From: the human T2T-CHM13v2.0 reference genome, Homo sapiens
Assembly (NCBI RefSeq): GCF_009914755.1
Contig: NC_060935.1
Strand: one strand, 5' to 3'
Length of the DNA: 64,000 nt
The stretch's first letter is position 1, and every line of letters begins with the position of its first letter. Of this stretch, positions 1 through 14,935 are shown piece by piece. The notes under the pieces were generated by a model. That model made no database searches, was not told the origin of the DNA, and worked only from the letters and a program-made list of their open reading frames with translations. The position numbers and the translations under genes were made by a program.

Positions 1-3000
1 CTATTCTAGATGACCTCACTAGCATCTGTTATTTTTTTACTTTTTAATAATAGCCGTTCTGACTGGTGTGAGCTAGTATCCATTGTGGTTTTGATTTGCA
101 TTTCTGTAATGCTTAGTGATGTTGAGCATTGTTTCATATGCTTGCTGGCTAAGATTATGTCTTCTCTTGAAAGGTGTCAGTTGATATCCTTTGCCCACTT
201 TTTAGTGGGGTTGTTTGTTTTTTGCTTGTTGATTTAAGTTCGTTGTAGATTCTGGATAAAGGGACTGTTGTCAGATGCATACTTTGTGAGTATTTTCTCC
301 CATTTTGTAGGTTGTCTGTTTATTGTTGATACTTTCTTTTTCTGTGCAGAAACTCTTCAGTTTAATTAGGTCCTACTTGTCAATTTCTGTTTTTTTAGGT
401 GTATTGGTAGTTTCATAGGAATAGCATTGAATCTGTAAATTGCTTTGGATATTATGGCCATTTTAACAATATTGATTCTTCCTATCCATGAGCATGGAAT
501 ATTTTTCCATTTGTGTCACCTGTGATTTTTGTCAGCAGTGTTTGCAATTCTTGTTGTATAGTTTGTTTACCTCTCTGCTTAGCTGTATTTTTAGTTATTT
601 TATTCTCTTTGTGGATATCATGAATGGGATTGCATTCTTGGTTTGGTTGTCAGTTTGGAACATTATTGGTGTGTAGAAATGTTATTGACTTTTGTACATT
701 GATTTGTATGCTTAAACTTTGCTGAAGTTGTTTATTAGTTCTAGGAGCCTTTAGGTAGAGACTATGGAGTTTTCTAGGCATAATCCACATTGTCTGTGCA
801 GAGAGATAGTTTGATTTTCTCTCTTTCTATTTGGATACCTTTTATTTCCTTCTCTTTCCTGATTGCTCTGGCTATGTTGTATAGGAGTGGTGACAGTGAA
901 CATCCTTGTCTTGTTCTGGTTCTCAAGGGGAATGCTTCCAACTTTTGCACGTGTTCAGTACGATGTTGACTGTGGGTTTGTCATAGATGGCTCTTATTAT
1001 TTTGAGGTATGTTCCTTCAATGCCTAGTCTGTTAAGGGTTTTTACATGAAAGAGGACGAATTTTGGTTTTGCGTGTTGAACCAATCTTCCATCACAAGAA
1101 TAAAGCCCTACTTGATTGTGGTGAATTAGCTTTCAGTTTATTAGTATTTTGGATTCAGTTTACTAGTATTTTGTTGAAGATTTTTGCATCTATGTTCATC
1201 AGGGATTTTGATCTGAAGTTTTCTTTTTCATTGTGTCTCTGCCAGGTTTTGGTATCAGAATGATATTGGCCTCATAGCATGAGTTAGGGAGGAGTCACCT
1301 CTTCAATTTTTTGAAATATTTTTAGTTGGATTGGTACCAGCTCTTCTTTGTACATCTGGTCGAATTTAGCTATGAATTCATGTGCTTTAGGACTTTTTCT
1401 GGTTTGTAGGTTTTTTATTACTAATTCAATTTCAGAATTTTTTATTGGTCTATTCAGGATTACAACTTTTTCCCGGTTCAGTCTTGGCAGGTTGCATGTT
1501 TTTAGAAATTTATCCATTTCTTCTAGGTTTTCTAGTGTGTGTGCGTAGTGATGTTCATAATAGTTCCTGAGGGTTTTTTGTATTTCTGTGGGGTCAGTGG
1601 TAATGTCACCTTTGTCATTTCTCATTGTGTTTATTTGGGCCTTCTCTCTCTCTCTCTTTTTATTAATCTAGCTACTGGTCTATCAATTCCTTTTATTCTT
1701 TCAAAAAACCAACTTTTGGTTTCAATGATCTTTTGCATGGATTTTCATATCTCAATTTCATCCACTTCAGCTCGATTTGGGTTATTTCTTTTTTTTCTGC
1801 AAGCTTTGGGGTTGCTTTTCTTTTCTTTTTCTAGTTTTTTTAGGTGTGATGTTAGGTTGTTCATTTGATAGCTTTCTAACTTCTTGATGGGCATTTAGTG
1901 CTATAAACTTTCCTCTTAACACTTCTTGGCTGTGTCCTAGACATTCTGGTATGTTGTATCTTTGTTCTCAATAGTTTAAAGAATTTATTGATTTCTGCCT
2001 TAGTTTCATTGTTTACCCAAAAGTCATTCAGGAGCAGGTTGTTTAATTTCCCTGTGATTGTATGGTTTTGAGTGATCTTCTTAGTATTGATTTCTATTTT
2101 TATTGCACTGTGGTCTGAGAACACGGTTAGTATGATTTTGGTTGTTCTGAATTTGTTTGAGAATTGCTTTATGGCTGAGCATGTTGTCAATCTTAGAGTA
2201 CACGCCATGTGCAGATGAGAATAATGTATATTCTGTTGTTGTTGGGTGGAGTGTTCTATATCTTAGATTACATGCCATGTGCAGATGAGAAGAATGTATG
2301 TTCTATTGTCAGTTGGAGTGCTGTATAGCTGCCTGTTAGGGTCCATTTGGTCAAGTGTCAAGTTTAGGTCCCAAATATCTTTGTTAGTTTTCTGCCTTGA
2401 TGAGCTGTCTAACACTGTCAGTGGGGTGTTGAAGTCTCCTGCTGTTATCGTGTGGTTATCTAAGTCTCTTCATAGGTCTGTAAGAACTTGTATGAATCTG
2501 GCTGCCCCAGGGTTGGGTGCATATATATTTAGGACAGCTAAGTCTTCTTGTTGAATTGAACCCTTTATCATTTCATAACGCCCTTCTTTGTCCTTTCTGA
2601 TCATTGTTGGTTTAAAGTCTGTTTTGTCTGAAATAAGTATAGCAACCCTTGCTCTTTTTTGTTTTCTATTTTCTTGATAGATCGTTTTCCATCCTTTTAC
2701 TCTGAGCCTATGGGCGCCATTGCAGATGAGATTGGTCTTTTGACAGCAAGCACTTGGGTCTTGCTTCTTTATCCAACTTGCCACTTTATGCCTTTTAAGT
2801 GAAATGTTTACACCTTTACATTCACACATATTGATATTGTGAATGTGTTGACACCATTCATAGACCTTTACATTCAAGGTCAATATCGATATCTAAGGAT
2901 TTAATTCTGTCACTGTGTGTTAGCTGGTTGTTCTGTAGACATGATTGAATAGTTGCTTTATAGTGTGAGTGGGCAATGTACCTAAGTGTGTTTTTGTGGT

Positions 3001-4590
3001 GGCAGGCCTCAGTCTTTCATTTCCATGCGTAGCACCCTCTTCAGGATCTCTTGTAAGACAAGTCTGGTGATAATGAATTCCCCTGGCATTTGTCAGTCTG
3101 AAAAGGACTTTATTTCTCCTTCACTTATGAAGCTTCGTTTGGCTGGATAGGAAATTCTTGGTTGGAATTTCTTTTCTTTTCTTTTTTTAAGGCATAATCT
3201 TACTCTGTTGCTCAGGCTGCAGTGCAGTGGTGTGATCTCAGCTCACTGTAGCCTCAACATGCTGGGCTCAAGTGATCCTCCCACATCAGCATCCTGAGTA
3301 GCTGGGACTGCAGTACATGCCACACACCTGGCTAATTTTTTATTTTTTGTAGAGATGTGGGTCTGACCTAGTTGCCCAGGCTAGTCCAAAATTTCTGGGC
3401 TCAAGTGATCCTCCTGCATTGGCCTCCCAATGTGCTGGGATTACAGCCATAAGCTACAACACCCAGCCTAGAATTTTTTTTCCCTTAAGGATGCTGAATA
3501 CAGGGCCCTAATCTATTTTGGCTCGTAAGGTCTCTGCTGAAAGGCCTGCTGTTAGTGTGACAGGGTTCCCTTTGTACCTGACTTTCCCTTTCTTTCTAGC
3601 TGCCTTTAAGATTTTTTCTTTCATGTTGACCTTGGAGAATCTGACGACTATGTGTCTTGGGAATTGTTGTTCACCATCTAGTGTATCTTGCAGGGGTTCT
3701 ATGAATTTTCTGAATTTGCCTGTTGACCTCTCTAGCAAGGTTGGGGAAATTTTTGTGGACAACATCCTCAAATATGTTTTCCAAGCTGCTTCCTCTCTCT
3801 CCAACTCTTTGAGGAATGCCAATGAGTTGTAGGTTTGGTCTCTTTACATAATCCCATATTTCTCAGAGGTTTTGTTCATGTTTAAATTTTTTAAAAAATT
3901 GTTGTCTGCCTGTGTTGGTTTGAAGGAGCAGTCTTTGAGCTCTGAGACTCTTTCCTCAGCTTCGTCTATTCTGTTATTAATGCTTCTGATTTCATTATGA
4001 AATTCCTGTAGTGAATTTTTCATTTCTAGAGGTTTAGTTTGATGCTTTGTTAAAATTGATATGTCATCTTTCAACTCTTGGATTGTTTTACTGGTTTTCT
4101 TGATTGGGTTTCAATCTTCTCCTATATCTTTTTGAGCTTCTTTGTCATCCAGATTCTGAATTTTATGTCTGTCATTTTAGCCACTTTAATCTGGTAAGAA
4201 CTATTGCTGGGGAGCTAGTGTGGTTGTCTGAGGGTAAGAAGACACCCTGACTTTTAGAGTTGCCAGAATTCTTGTGCCGGTTGTTTTTCATCTGTGTGGG
4301 CTGATGTTCCTTTAATCTTTGAATTTGTTATCCTTTGAATGGGCCTTTTTGCTTTTATATTTTTTGATGCCCTGAAAAGTTTAACTGTGGTATAAGTTGG
4401 GTGTAGTTGACTGGCTTCATTTCTGGATGCTTTCAGGAGGCCAGGGCTCAGCTCAGCACTCCTGAGCTTCATGCTCCAACTATGGGGTGCTGGGACCAGG
4501 TCTGCAGCTTTGTTTTTGGCCCCTCAAGGTCAAGCACCTGCTATGCTTGAGGTGCCAAGGTGTTCCCAATGGCGGCTGCCAGAAAAGCAC
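1..4590 (-). mobile_element. Old primate LINE-1 (L1PA15/16-like 5' end), degraded 5'UTR-ORF1-ORF2, interrupted by an Alu
   Basis: ORF fragments 1284-1625 ([16 protein letters not shown]), 2470-2883 (endonuclease, LNIYAPN), 3508-4074 (ORF1); many stops and deletions. Confidence 0.9.
3172..3468 (-). mobile_element. Alu (AluJ-like) inserted in L1
   Basis: Poly-T followed by reverse-complement Alu body. Confidence 0.9.
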
Positions 4591-6890
4591 TCTAGCAGGG
4601 TCTCCTGAAGACAGCAGAAACTTGATTGGTGAATTCCCATCCACTCTGCCATTCGATGTCTTTTAAGTAGAGAATTTAGGTCATTCATATTCAACGTTAG
4701 TATTGAGATTTGAGGCACTATTCTATTCATCATGCTATCTGTTGCCTGAATACCTTGTGTTTTTCTCACTGTATTATTGATATACAGATCCTGTGAAATT
4801 GATGCTTTAAGGAGGTTCTGTTTTGGCATATTTCAAGGATCTGTTTCAAGATTTGAGCTCCTTTTAGCAGTTCTTGTAGTGCTGGCTTGGTAGTGGCAAA
4901 TTCTGTCATCATTTGTTTGTCTGGAAAAGACTGTATCTTTCATTTATAAAACTTTGTTTCACTGGATACAAAATTCTTGGCCGATAATTGTTTTGTTTCA
5001 GGAGGCTAACAATAGGACCTCAATCCCTTCTAGCTTGTAGGATTTCTGCTGAGAAATTTGCTGTTAATCTGATAGGTTTTCCTTTATAGGTTACCTGATA
5101 CTTTTGCCTCATAGCTCTTAAGATTCTTTTCTTTGTCTTCACTTTAAATAACTTGATGACTATGTGCCTAGGCAATGGTCTTTTTGTCATAAATGTCTCA
5201 GGTGTTCTTTGAGCTTCTTGTATTTGGATGTCTAGATCTCTAGCAAGGCTGGGGAAATTTTCCTTGATTATACCCTCAAATATGTTTTCCAAACTTTTAG
5301 ATTTCTCTTCTTCCTTGGGAACACCAATTATTCTTAGGTTTGGGCATTTAACATAGTCCCAAACTTTTTGGAGGCTTTGTTCATTTTTTAAAATTATTTT
5401 TAATCCATCTTTGAAGCATTGGGTTAACTCAAAGGCCTTGTCTTTGAGCTCAGAAGTTCTTTCTTTGGCTTGTTAGATTCTATTGCTGAGACTTTCCAAT
5501 ACATCTTACGCTTCTCTAAGCTTGTCCTTGATTTCCAGAAGTTGTGATTGTTTTTTATTTGTGCTGTCTATTTCACTGAAGATTTTTTTCTTTCATATCC
5601 TGTGTAATGTTTTTGATTTCTTTAAGTTGAACTTCACTTTTCTCTGGTGCCTCCTTGAATAGCATAATAATTGACCTTCTGAATTCTTTTTCTGGCAATT
5701 CAACGATTTCATCTTGATTTGGATCCATGGCTGCTGAGCTGGTGTGATCTTTTGGGGGTGTTAAAGAACCTTGTTTTGTCATATTACCAGAATTGTTTTT
5801 CTGGTTCATTCTCATTTGGGTAGACTATGTCAGATAAAAGATCTGGGACTTAAGGGTTACTGTTCAGATTCTTTTGTCCCACAGAGTGCTCCTTTGACAT
5901 GGTGTTCTTCCCCTTCCCCTGGGAATGAGGCTTCTTGAGAGCTGAACTGCAGTGATTGTTTGTGGTCTTCTGGGTCTAGCGACCCTGCAGAGCTGCTGGG
6001 CTCTGGGCTGGTGCTGCGGAGTGTCTGCAAAGAGTCCTGTGATATGAACTGTCTTCAGGCCTTTCAGCCCTGGATACCAGCACCTGCTCCAGTGGAGGTA
6101 GCAGGGGAGTGAAGTGGACTCTGTGAGGGTCCTTGGTTCTATTTTTGTTTAGTGTGCTGGTTTTGTATTGGCTGGCCTCCAGCCAGGAGGTGGTGCTTTC
6201 CAGAGTGCATCAGTTGCAGTACCACAGGGAGGATGCAAACTTGCCCTAGGGATGCCTGGTTAAGTATTCAGGTTTCTCAGAAGGTGGGCAGGGCCCTAGA
6301 GCTCCCAAGAGATGCCCTTTGTCTTCAGCTACCAGGGAAGGTAGAGAAAGACCACCAGGTGGGGGCAGGGTTAGATGTGTCCGAGCTTAGACTTTCCTTG
6401 GGCAGGGCTTGCTGCAGCTGCTGTGGGGAATGGGGGTGTGGTCCCTAGGCAATGGAGTTATGTTCCCAAGGAGATTATGGCTGCATCTGCTCAGTCATAC
6501 AGGTCATCTGGGAAGTGGGGGAAAGCTGGCAGTCACAGGCCTCACCCCACTCCCATGCAGCTAGCAGTCCTAAAGACCAGTCTCACTCCCACCATGCCCT
6601 GCAACAGCACTGAGTCTATTTCCAGGCAGCCAGTGACCAGGGCTGAGAACTTGCCCCAGACCACGAGCCTCCTTGCTGAAAAAGCAAGCCGACTCACAGT
6701 TTTTTGGCATCTCAGGGAGTCTGCAGCAGAGATCCAGTCCCTTCAAAGGGTCTGTGAATTCTCTTGGCTTTCTTAGTATGTTCCTGCTGTAGTTCTTGGA
6801 GCAAAAGTTCACGACATAAGTCTCCACACGCTGCTCTGTCTGTCCAAGTGGGAGCTGCAAGCTAGTCCTGCCTTCTATCTGCCATCTTGT
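4591..6890 (-). mobile_element. Second LINE-1 (L1PB-like): 5'UTR, ORF1 and start of ORF2 only
   Basis: CAAGATGGC YY1 site at ~6881-6889; ORF1 fragments 5573-5815 and 5020-5292; ORF2 start ISILTLNMND...CCLQET. Confidence 0.88.
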
Positions 6891-7184
6891 CATTTTATTC
6901 CTATAGTATTTTCTGACATGTAGAAATTTAAATTTTTATTTGGTCAAATTTGTCTATTTTTCCATTATGACTCCTAGGTTTGTGACTTATGTAAAAAGAA
7001 AAAAATGTTACCAAAAATTCTCTTGTGTTTTCTCTTGCCACTTTAAGAGTTGTAATCTAAAACACCAGTTTAGGTGGAACAGATCCTTTTCACTCAAGGT
7101 GTTGTTGAAAAGATGGTCCCTTCCACACAGACATTAAAAGATATGAATGATTTTTCTTTGTTTCACTGGAGAACCTCAGCATGG

Positions 7185-7295
7185 GCTCACCCGGGAGCTT
7201 ATTAGAAATGCAGAATCTTAGTTCCTACTCAAGGCCATTTTGAATCAGAATCTGCATTTTACTGAGATCCCCAGTGATTCATATGCACATTAAAA
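7185..7295. mobile_element. MER5A-like DNA transposon fragment
   Basis: gagcttattagaaatgcagaatct...gaatcagaatctgcatttt. Confidence 0.7.
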
Positions 7296-8019
7296 CTAGC
7301 AAAACATTAAAATGGGTTGTGTAGGTTTGTGTTTTTTCCTTCATTAAGCAATAGTCAGACCCTATAGGATGGATGAAAGAGCACCGTTTCAGCTCATGAA
7401 AGTTTTCACTATGTGGTGCACAGAGAATTTTAAATCTTGCTAAAGATTCGAAGATTTAAATTCATAAAATTGTGAAGACTATACTTGGGTTTCTTGGTCC
7501 ACTCAGCTAAGGATTAATTTTATGAGAGATTAAGAGAGAGCTAATCTAGGTCTGTGTTTAAGAGGAAGTAATCACAGAATGTCTGGTTCTGTGATCTGTT
7601 TGCATTTCTTTCTGGTCATTGGTTTGAATATTTTCTCACTGACCAAGCCTGATGTTTTCATCTAATAACCCTGTGGAGATTTATGGAAACTGACTTGTTG
7701 CTATCAAGCTCTAGAAATGTCTTTTTTTTTTTCTTTTAAACCTTCCTTGATAGAATCACCCTCTTTTGTAACCGCCCACTCCAAGCTAAGCCCAGGTAGA
7801 ATTGGCAGTTGGCTTGTTACTCTTACTTCTCTGGGCTTTTCATAAACAGTGGAATTATATTTACTTTTTCCTCTCTTCCTTTCATGCAGAGCCCAAGGAT
7901 GAAAACAGAGAAGTAATTAATGGCAGCTTTCCTGGGCCAGAAGAATAAATAAGGAATTATCTTACAAACAGGTGCTTCCCATTCCCCTGACCAGCTACAT
8001 AGTCATGTCAGGCATCATG

Positions 8020-8316
<297 letters not shown>

Positions 8317-8779
8317 TTAATGAAAGTCCATATGCTTCAAACAGATTCCTAAAGCCTCAGATGCCAGGTGGGTGTTGGCCTTTTCTGGGAAAGATGTTTC
8401 ACAACTGGCTATAACCTCTCATTCCAGTGTCCCAAACCCTTGGCCCAGCCAAGGGAGGTGACTGTTTTCTTTAGGAACTGAGTGACTGCTTCTGAGGAAG
8501 CTTGAGTAAATGTGAGGTTGGCTTCTGTTTGATAAACACGTGGCACTCAATGGGGACTTTTGGACAGAGGAGACTGCATGGGTGACAGCTGGTGGCCTTC
8601 ACCAAATCCTGAAGTTAAATTTAGGGAATCAGACCCAAGAACACTAAAAGGATTAGGGGCTCTCCACCTGTCTTCCTTGGTCTTGCTCTCTATGCTCTCA
8701 GGTCTTCACTGTTGTAGCCACAGTGGTGTTAGAAGGACGAAAATGCTAGGGTAGGGATGGGGCAGGGGTAGTGTGAACT

Positions 8780-9135
8780 ATAGTGGTTTTCAAAATGGGC
8801 AACATCAATATAACCTGGGAGCTTGTTAGAAATGCACATTCTCAGGTCTGCTGAAGACCGACTGAATCAGGAAATCTAGGGGTGGGGCCCAAGACCTCCA
8901 GGTAATTTTGATGCATGCTAACATATGTGAACCAGCATTTTAGAAAGTTTATGCTACTTAAAGAAAGTCTGTGAAGCAACACCCCCTGGGAACTTGTTAG
9001 AAATGCAGAATCTCAGGCCCCACCCTTCTGAGATTCAGGTTTCATTGGTCTAGGGTGGAGGAGCCCAGTTATTGGTCATTTAAAAAACCTCCCGTGTGAT
9101 TCTAACTTTGCATCCAGAATAGAGAATTACTGCTC
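8780..9135. mobile_element. Two MER5-like fragments
   Basis: cttgttagaaatgca motif twice (8822, 8993). Confidence 0.65.
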
Positions 9136-9357
9136 TAAGGAAGAAATTGTTAAATGCATTTTATGTTTTCCAGGAGAAAAGATGGTCCCTTCCACAGAGA
9201 CAGTAAAAGATATGAATGATTTTTCTTTGTAGATTCACTGGAGTTCCACTAGAATAGTGCAGTTATCACATCTTCCTCCAAAGAGGGGTAGGTTTCAGAG
9301 TTTCAGCAGTAGAAGAAATCTGGGAGGAATCAAGCCAGTGTGCAACATCAACATCAG

Positions 9358-9779
9358 TTATATTAGGCTGTTCTTGCATTGCTATAAAGATATATGAGAC
9401 AGGGTACTTTTTATAAAGAAAAGAGGTTTAATTGGCTCACGGTTCTGCAGGCTTTACAAGAAGCATAGTGCTGGCATCTGCTCAGTTTCCACGGAGGCCT
9501 CAGGAAGCTTACAAGCATGGCAGAAGGCAAAGGGGGAGTAGGGACGTCACATGGCCAGAGAAGGAGCAAGAGAGAGAGTAGGAGGAGGGTGGCGGGGTGA
9601 GGTGCCACACACTTTTAAACAACCAGATCTTGCACTAACTCAGTATCACGAAGACAGCACCAAAGTATAAGGATCCGCCCCCATGATCCAAACACCTCCC
9701 ACCAGGCCCCACCTCAAGCACCGTGGATTACAATTCAACATGAGATTTGGACGTGGGTAAATATCCAAACTATATCATC
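9358..9779 (-). mobile_element. MaLR LTR (MSTA/B-like)
   Basis: tattaggctgttcttgcattgctataaag...atccaaactatatca. Confidence 0.85.
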
Positions 9780-10821
9780 AGTCAGTGCTCCTTTCAATTG
9801 CCTCAGGGGAATGCAAGAAAGAGCTAAGAGGAGGTTACTACCAGTGTGATGAGAAAGCTGTGAAGTACTGAAATATGGAATAAGAAAAGGAGGGCCCAGC
9901 AGTCCAAATTCAAGTCCAACCCAGCCCTGGGTCAATACCTGCAATCAAGGGCTCTACCTAAATGTTGGGGACGGGGTTAGCCAGTAGGAGAAAGGCCCAG
10001 CCTGGGGGAGCAGAAGGCAGTCCTTCCAGGCAAGCTTCAGAACTGGCCCAGCCAGCTGTGTGCCAGTCAGCACTTGGCTGCAGCCACCATAGGACACTGA
10101 AAAGAAACTGTCTTGGGCATTCAGGCTAATCAAACTGACTGTGTATATATGATATCCTGAGGAAGCTGCAGCTCTGTGATTGTATTAACGTCTGCTCCCA
10201 TTAAGACCTGCTTCCAGTGTCTTATATTCTTTGGAGTGACTGGCTGTTACATCTTTGTTAAATTTTAAATTTACTCAGTGTTCCTCTTCTTTGGCTTGTG
10301 TAAGACAATAAGCTGGATTTTAATATTCTCCAAACCACCACTGGTGCTTTAGGCGTGGGTCTCATGGAATAAATGCAGGGGACGTGAAAGCTTGAACAAG
10401 ATCATGGAAGTATGACCGTGAGATTTTTTATCTCAATCTCACATATATTCTTTTAGTTCTTGTTGGTATTAGATACTTTACTGAATATCAAAATGCCGAA
10501 GGCTTGCTCCCATCATTTAAGAAGGGGGTCATAAGGATTAAAACACATAATCTTCAACAATAAAAATGTAAGTTGAAAAGGCAAAGACTGTTACGTAGAA
10601 AAGAACACAGGACCAGTAGCCAGGGTATCTAAATATGAATTGCATCTTTTTCCTCAGCTAATTGTATATCTTAGTTTTCTTCTCTATAAGTGAATAAAAT
10701 GAATTTATCACCCCCAGTATTTTTTTTTCTTATCTTGAAGGATTATCTTGAGAACCAAATAAGTTCAGGGATGTGAAAACAATTAGTGAAATAGGAACTT
10801 TTTCATTTTTTAAAAATTTTC

Positions 10822-11122
<301 letters not shown>

Positions 11123-12423
11123 AATGAAATAGAAACTTTAAATAGTCACTTTTGGCATTCTTTACTTACGTAACTCTATGCAAAATAACTTGCAAGCCAA
11201 AATTTTTAGTCATTTTTATTACTGTGAAATAAGGGAATCCCAGGCCAAGAGGGTGGAGAGTTCCCCAGAGTCTCTTTGACAGCTGCATTCTGCAGGACTG
11301 TCTTCATGAACTGATGCAGGCAGCATGAGGTCCAGCATAACCTGTGTTACCATTGGTTGTCATTTGGTGTGTTGTTGGATTGCTTAATGGGGAATAAACT
11401 GTGTTCCTTCTTTTTTCTTTATTGAGCAAATAAACCACAGCAACCATGAAATTAGAAGTTTGGTAAAACATGTTGCAGAAGAACCAGGAAACACATTGCA
11501 ATTGAGCCTGCTGGGTGCTGCTGCAAGTTTGGGGGTGAACAGGAGAATCAGGTTCTTATAGGTAAGCAGACAAATGTGTAGAAGGGTTTTTTGTTTTGTT
11601 TAATTTTGAGTGTTGGTGGTGAGTATGAGGCATGATAGAGTATCAGAACATTCACATTCCACAAGAAGATGAAAATAGAAAAATATAAGACAGAATTTGA
11701 ATTATAACATTTATCATGTGACCTTGGGCAACAAAAATAATCTGTAAGCATCATTTCTCCATTTGTTAAATGGCAACAATGCCCACCCCTTATAGAATTG
11801 TCAGTAGCATAAATAAGATAGCATAAAGTAACTATAGCATGTTGTGTTTAGCAAATAGTTATTACTATGATGATTATTTATAGAACTAGCTTGAAGATAA
11901 ACTGTCTTTCACAGTAAAGATAAGGACTTAACAATAAACTCATTTTTCACATGAGTGTTTGTCACTGAGGAGGCATGCCACTCTGAAATGTGTTGTTCTT
12001 GTCACCAGGGGTGAAGTCTGCAAAGTAGGATGTTTTCCTAATTTGAATGCAATGACTGAAGTGGAAAATGGTCAAGTGAGTTTTTGAAAGAAATATTTTC
12101 TCTAATATAAAATTTTTGAATTGATTCTTTTTTTTGTTTCTTAAAACAAGTTCTATTCTTATAGAAAAAGAAAAAAATGCCAGTAATCTTTATAATACCC
12201 ATTAAAATAAAGTCTCTGTAGCCCACAAGGCCCCCAAGAAACTCAGCTCAAAGACCATTCGGCAGAAGGTAAGGCAGCATTCTCCTACATTGTAGACAAC
12301 AGCTCTTTCTCAAGATGGTAGGATCAAAGTTTTCTCATTTTGTATATATTTCTACATTAACAAAAAATGTATGATCTTTTGTATATTTACTAAATACAAC
12401 CATGACCTACATTAATGTCATGA

Positions 12424-12721
<298 letters not shown>

Positions 12722-12989
12722 TCTATTTATTTAAAATATGAAAAGTTAGGGGCTAATTCCTTCCCACCCCTCCATCCCTCATCCTGCAAGATATGCCCCT
12801 GCTCTGGTTTGGAAAATCCACTAGAAGGATTAAGAGTCCTGGTAAGTCATGCAGAGTGAAATAGTGAGCTCAGTGACACACAGCATGGAGAATGGACACC
12901 CAACAGGAAGAATGTGCCCATATGCATAAATGGAATTGCTGTGGGGATTAGGAAAATGTACAACAAAATTGATCTTTAATCTGTCAATT

Positions 12990-14105
12990 AATGATTAGGG
13001 GTCAGTCCTCAATTTTCTCTTGTCTCTCTGGGTCACCACCTAAATGACCTAATCCAATCCTGTATCTCTATACAATGACAACTCCCAAATTTATAACTCT
13101 ATGTTTAGACTCTTCTCTATACTTTAGACTTATCTGTGCAACTGCCTACTGGATATCTTGAATTTCTCTTCAAAGTTGTTCCTTCCCTGTGCTTTATCAA
13201 TGCAGTGAACGGACGCTCCATTCTTCTACTTGTTCAGAAAAAAAAGTTGGGTTATAACTGACTTTTCTGTTGATATCACATCACACATCCAATCTGTTAG
13301 TAAATCTTGTCATCTCTACCTTCAAAATATAATCTCGGACTATTTCTCACTTGCTACCACCATCATCTGCTGTCTGGATTGTTGCAGTAGCTTCCTAACA
13401 GATATCCAGTTCCTACTTTTTTGCTCCTGTGGTTTACTGTCCTCAGAGCAGTCAGAGTGATTTTTCTAAAATACAAGTCAAATAATGTTGTTTCTGCTTA
13501 AATTTTTCTAGAACTGGGCAGAGTGGCTCACACCTACAATCCCCTAGGAGGGAAGGACAAAGGCATCCATATCACCTCGCCACAGTGGTTGTGGTGGAAG
13601 CTGTAGCACTGAAGAGATGCAGCCCCATGGAAGATGCTGCCAAGAGAGGGAGACAGAGCTACGTCTGGTGTCTCCCTTCCTCCTTACCTGGTGCCTCCCT
13701 CCTCCTGTCCTCCTGTCTCCCTTCAGATGAAGGAACTGATGCTGAGACTTGCACTCTACCATAGGCGGAAGCACCCACCACCCTGTTCCCAGCCCTGGAA
13801 GGGCAAGGAATGAATCTGAGGCAAATAGGGCCAGCACTGGCAGTCTGCTCGATTTTCCCTCAGAGCATTTATCTTCCTTGACATATTTACAATTTTTTGT
13901 CTATTTTTGGTTTCTCTAACTTGACTAGAATGTAAGATCCACAAGGCTTGGGCTTTGCTCTTTTGTTCACTATGTCCATAGCTCCTGTAACAGTGCCTAA
14001 AACATAGTAGGCAATCAATAGATATTCTTTGGATAAACAAATATGCCTCAACATTGAGTCTAACTTACAGCAGACATTGAATAAATATCTATTGAATGAA
14101 TGAGA
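12990..14105 (+). mobile_element. L2 remnant, interrupted at ~13515-13855
   Basis: actcccaaatttata..., cacatccaatctgttagtaaatc, 3' end cagtgcctaaaacatagtaggcaatcaata...tgaatgaatga. Confidence 0.65.
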
Positions 14106-14569
14106 CTAACAATTTACTACAAAAGCAGTTCTTATGTGAAATATGACAGGGTTGACATCTTAACTGAAATCCATCTTGAGAGATTTTTTTTAACCCACCG
14201 AGATTTCTGAGAACACATTTATTTGAAGAACCTTATATTTTATGATGCATTTTTATATGTGAATTTTTTGAAACCCTACTATCTTATTTCCTGAGGGGTT
14301 TTAGACTCAGCTATTCTTCATTTCATTTTTATACATTTGTGCAGCTGAACACTTCCTACTTTATTCTTTTTGTTTCTAAGTTCCTAAAAATAGTTCAGAA
14401 AATCCAAAATTATGAACTCGATTCATCCAAAAAAATGAACAAATCAAATAACTTTGAAAATAAATGCTTTCACTATTTATTACTAACAAAATTGAACAGT
14501 ATAATCCAGAAAAATTGAGCAAAAATAATTTATTAATCTCAAGATTAAAACCAAATATGGCTTTATGAT

Positions 14570-14935
14570 TGTATTAGTCCATTTTCACACTGCTATAAAG
14601 ATACTACCCAAGACTGGGTAATTTACAAACAAAGAAGGTTTAATTGACTCACAATTCTGCAGGGCTGGGGAGGCCTCAGGAAACTTACAATCATGGTGGA
14701 ATGGAAAGCAGGCACCGTCTTTACAAGGTGTCAGGAGAGAGGGAGAGCAGGGGAAACCACCACTTATAAAACCATAAGATCTCGTGGGAACACACTCACT
14801 CTCATGAGAATAGCATGGAGAAAGCCGCCCCCATGATCCAATCACCTCCCATCAGGTCCCTCCGTTGACATGTGGGCATTATGATTCTGATTACAATTGG
14901 AGATGAGATTTGGGTGGGGACACAGCCAAACCATA
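14570..14935 (-). mobile_element. THE1 (THE1D-like) LTR
   Basis: tgtattagtccattttcacactgctataaag...gatttgggtggggacacagccaaaccata. Confidence 0.88.

Noticed and set aside
1-6890. Active LINE-1 or L1-derived gene
   Set aside because: ORF1 and ORF2 are broken by stops, frameshifts, internal deletions and an Alu insertion
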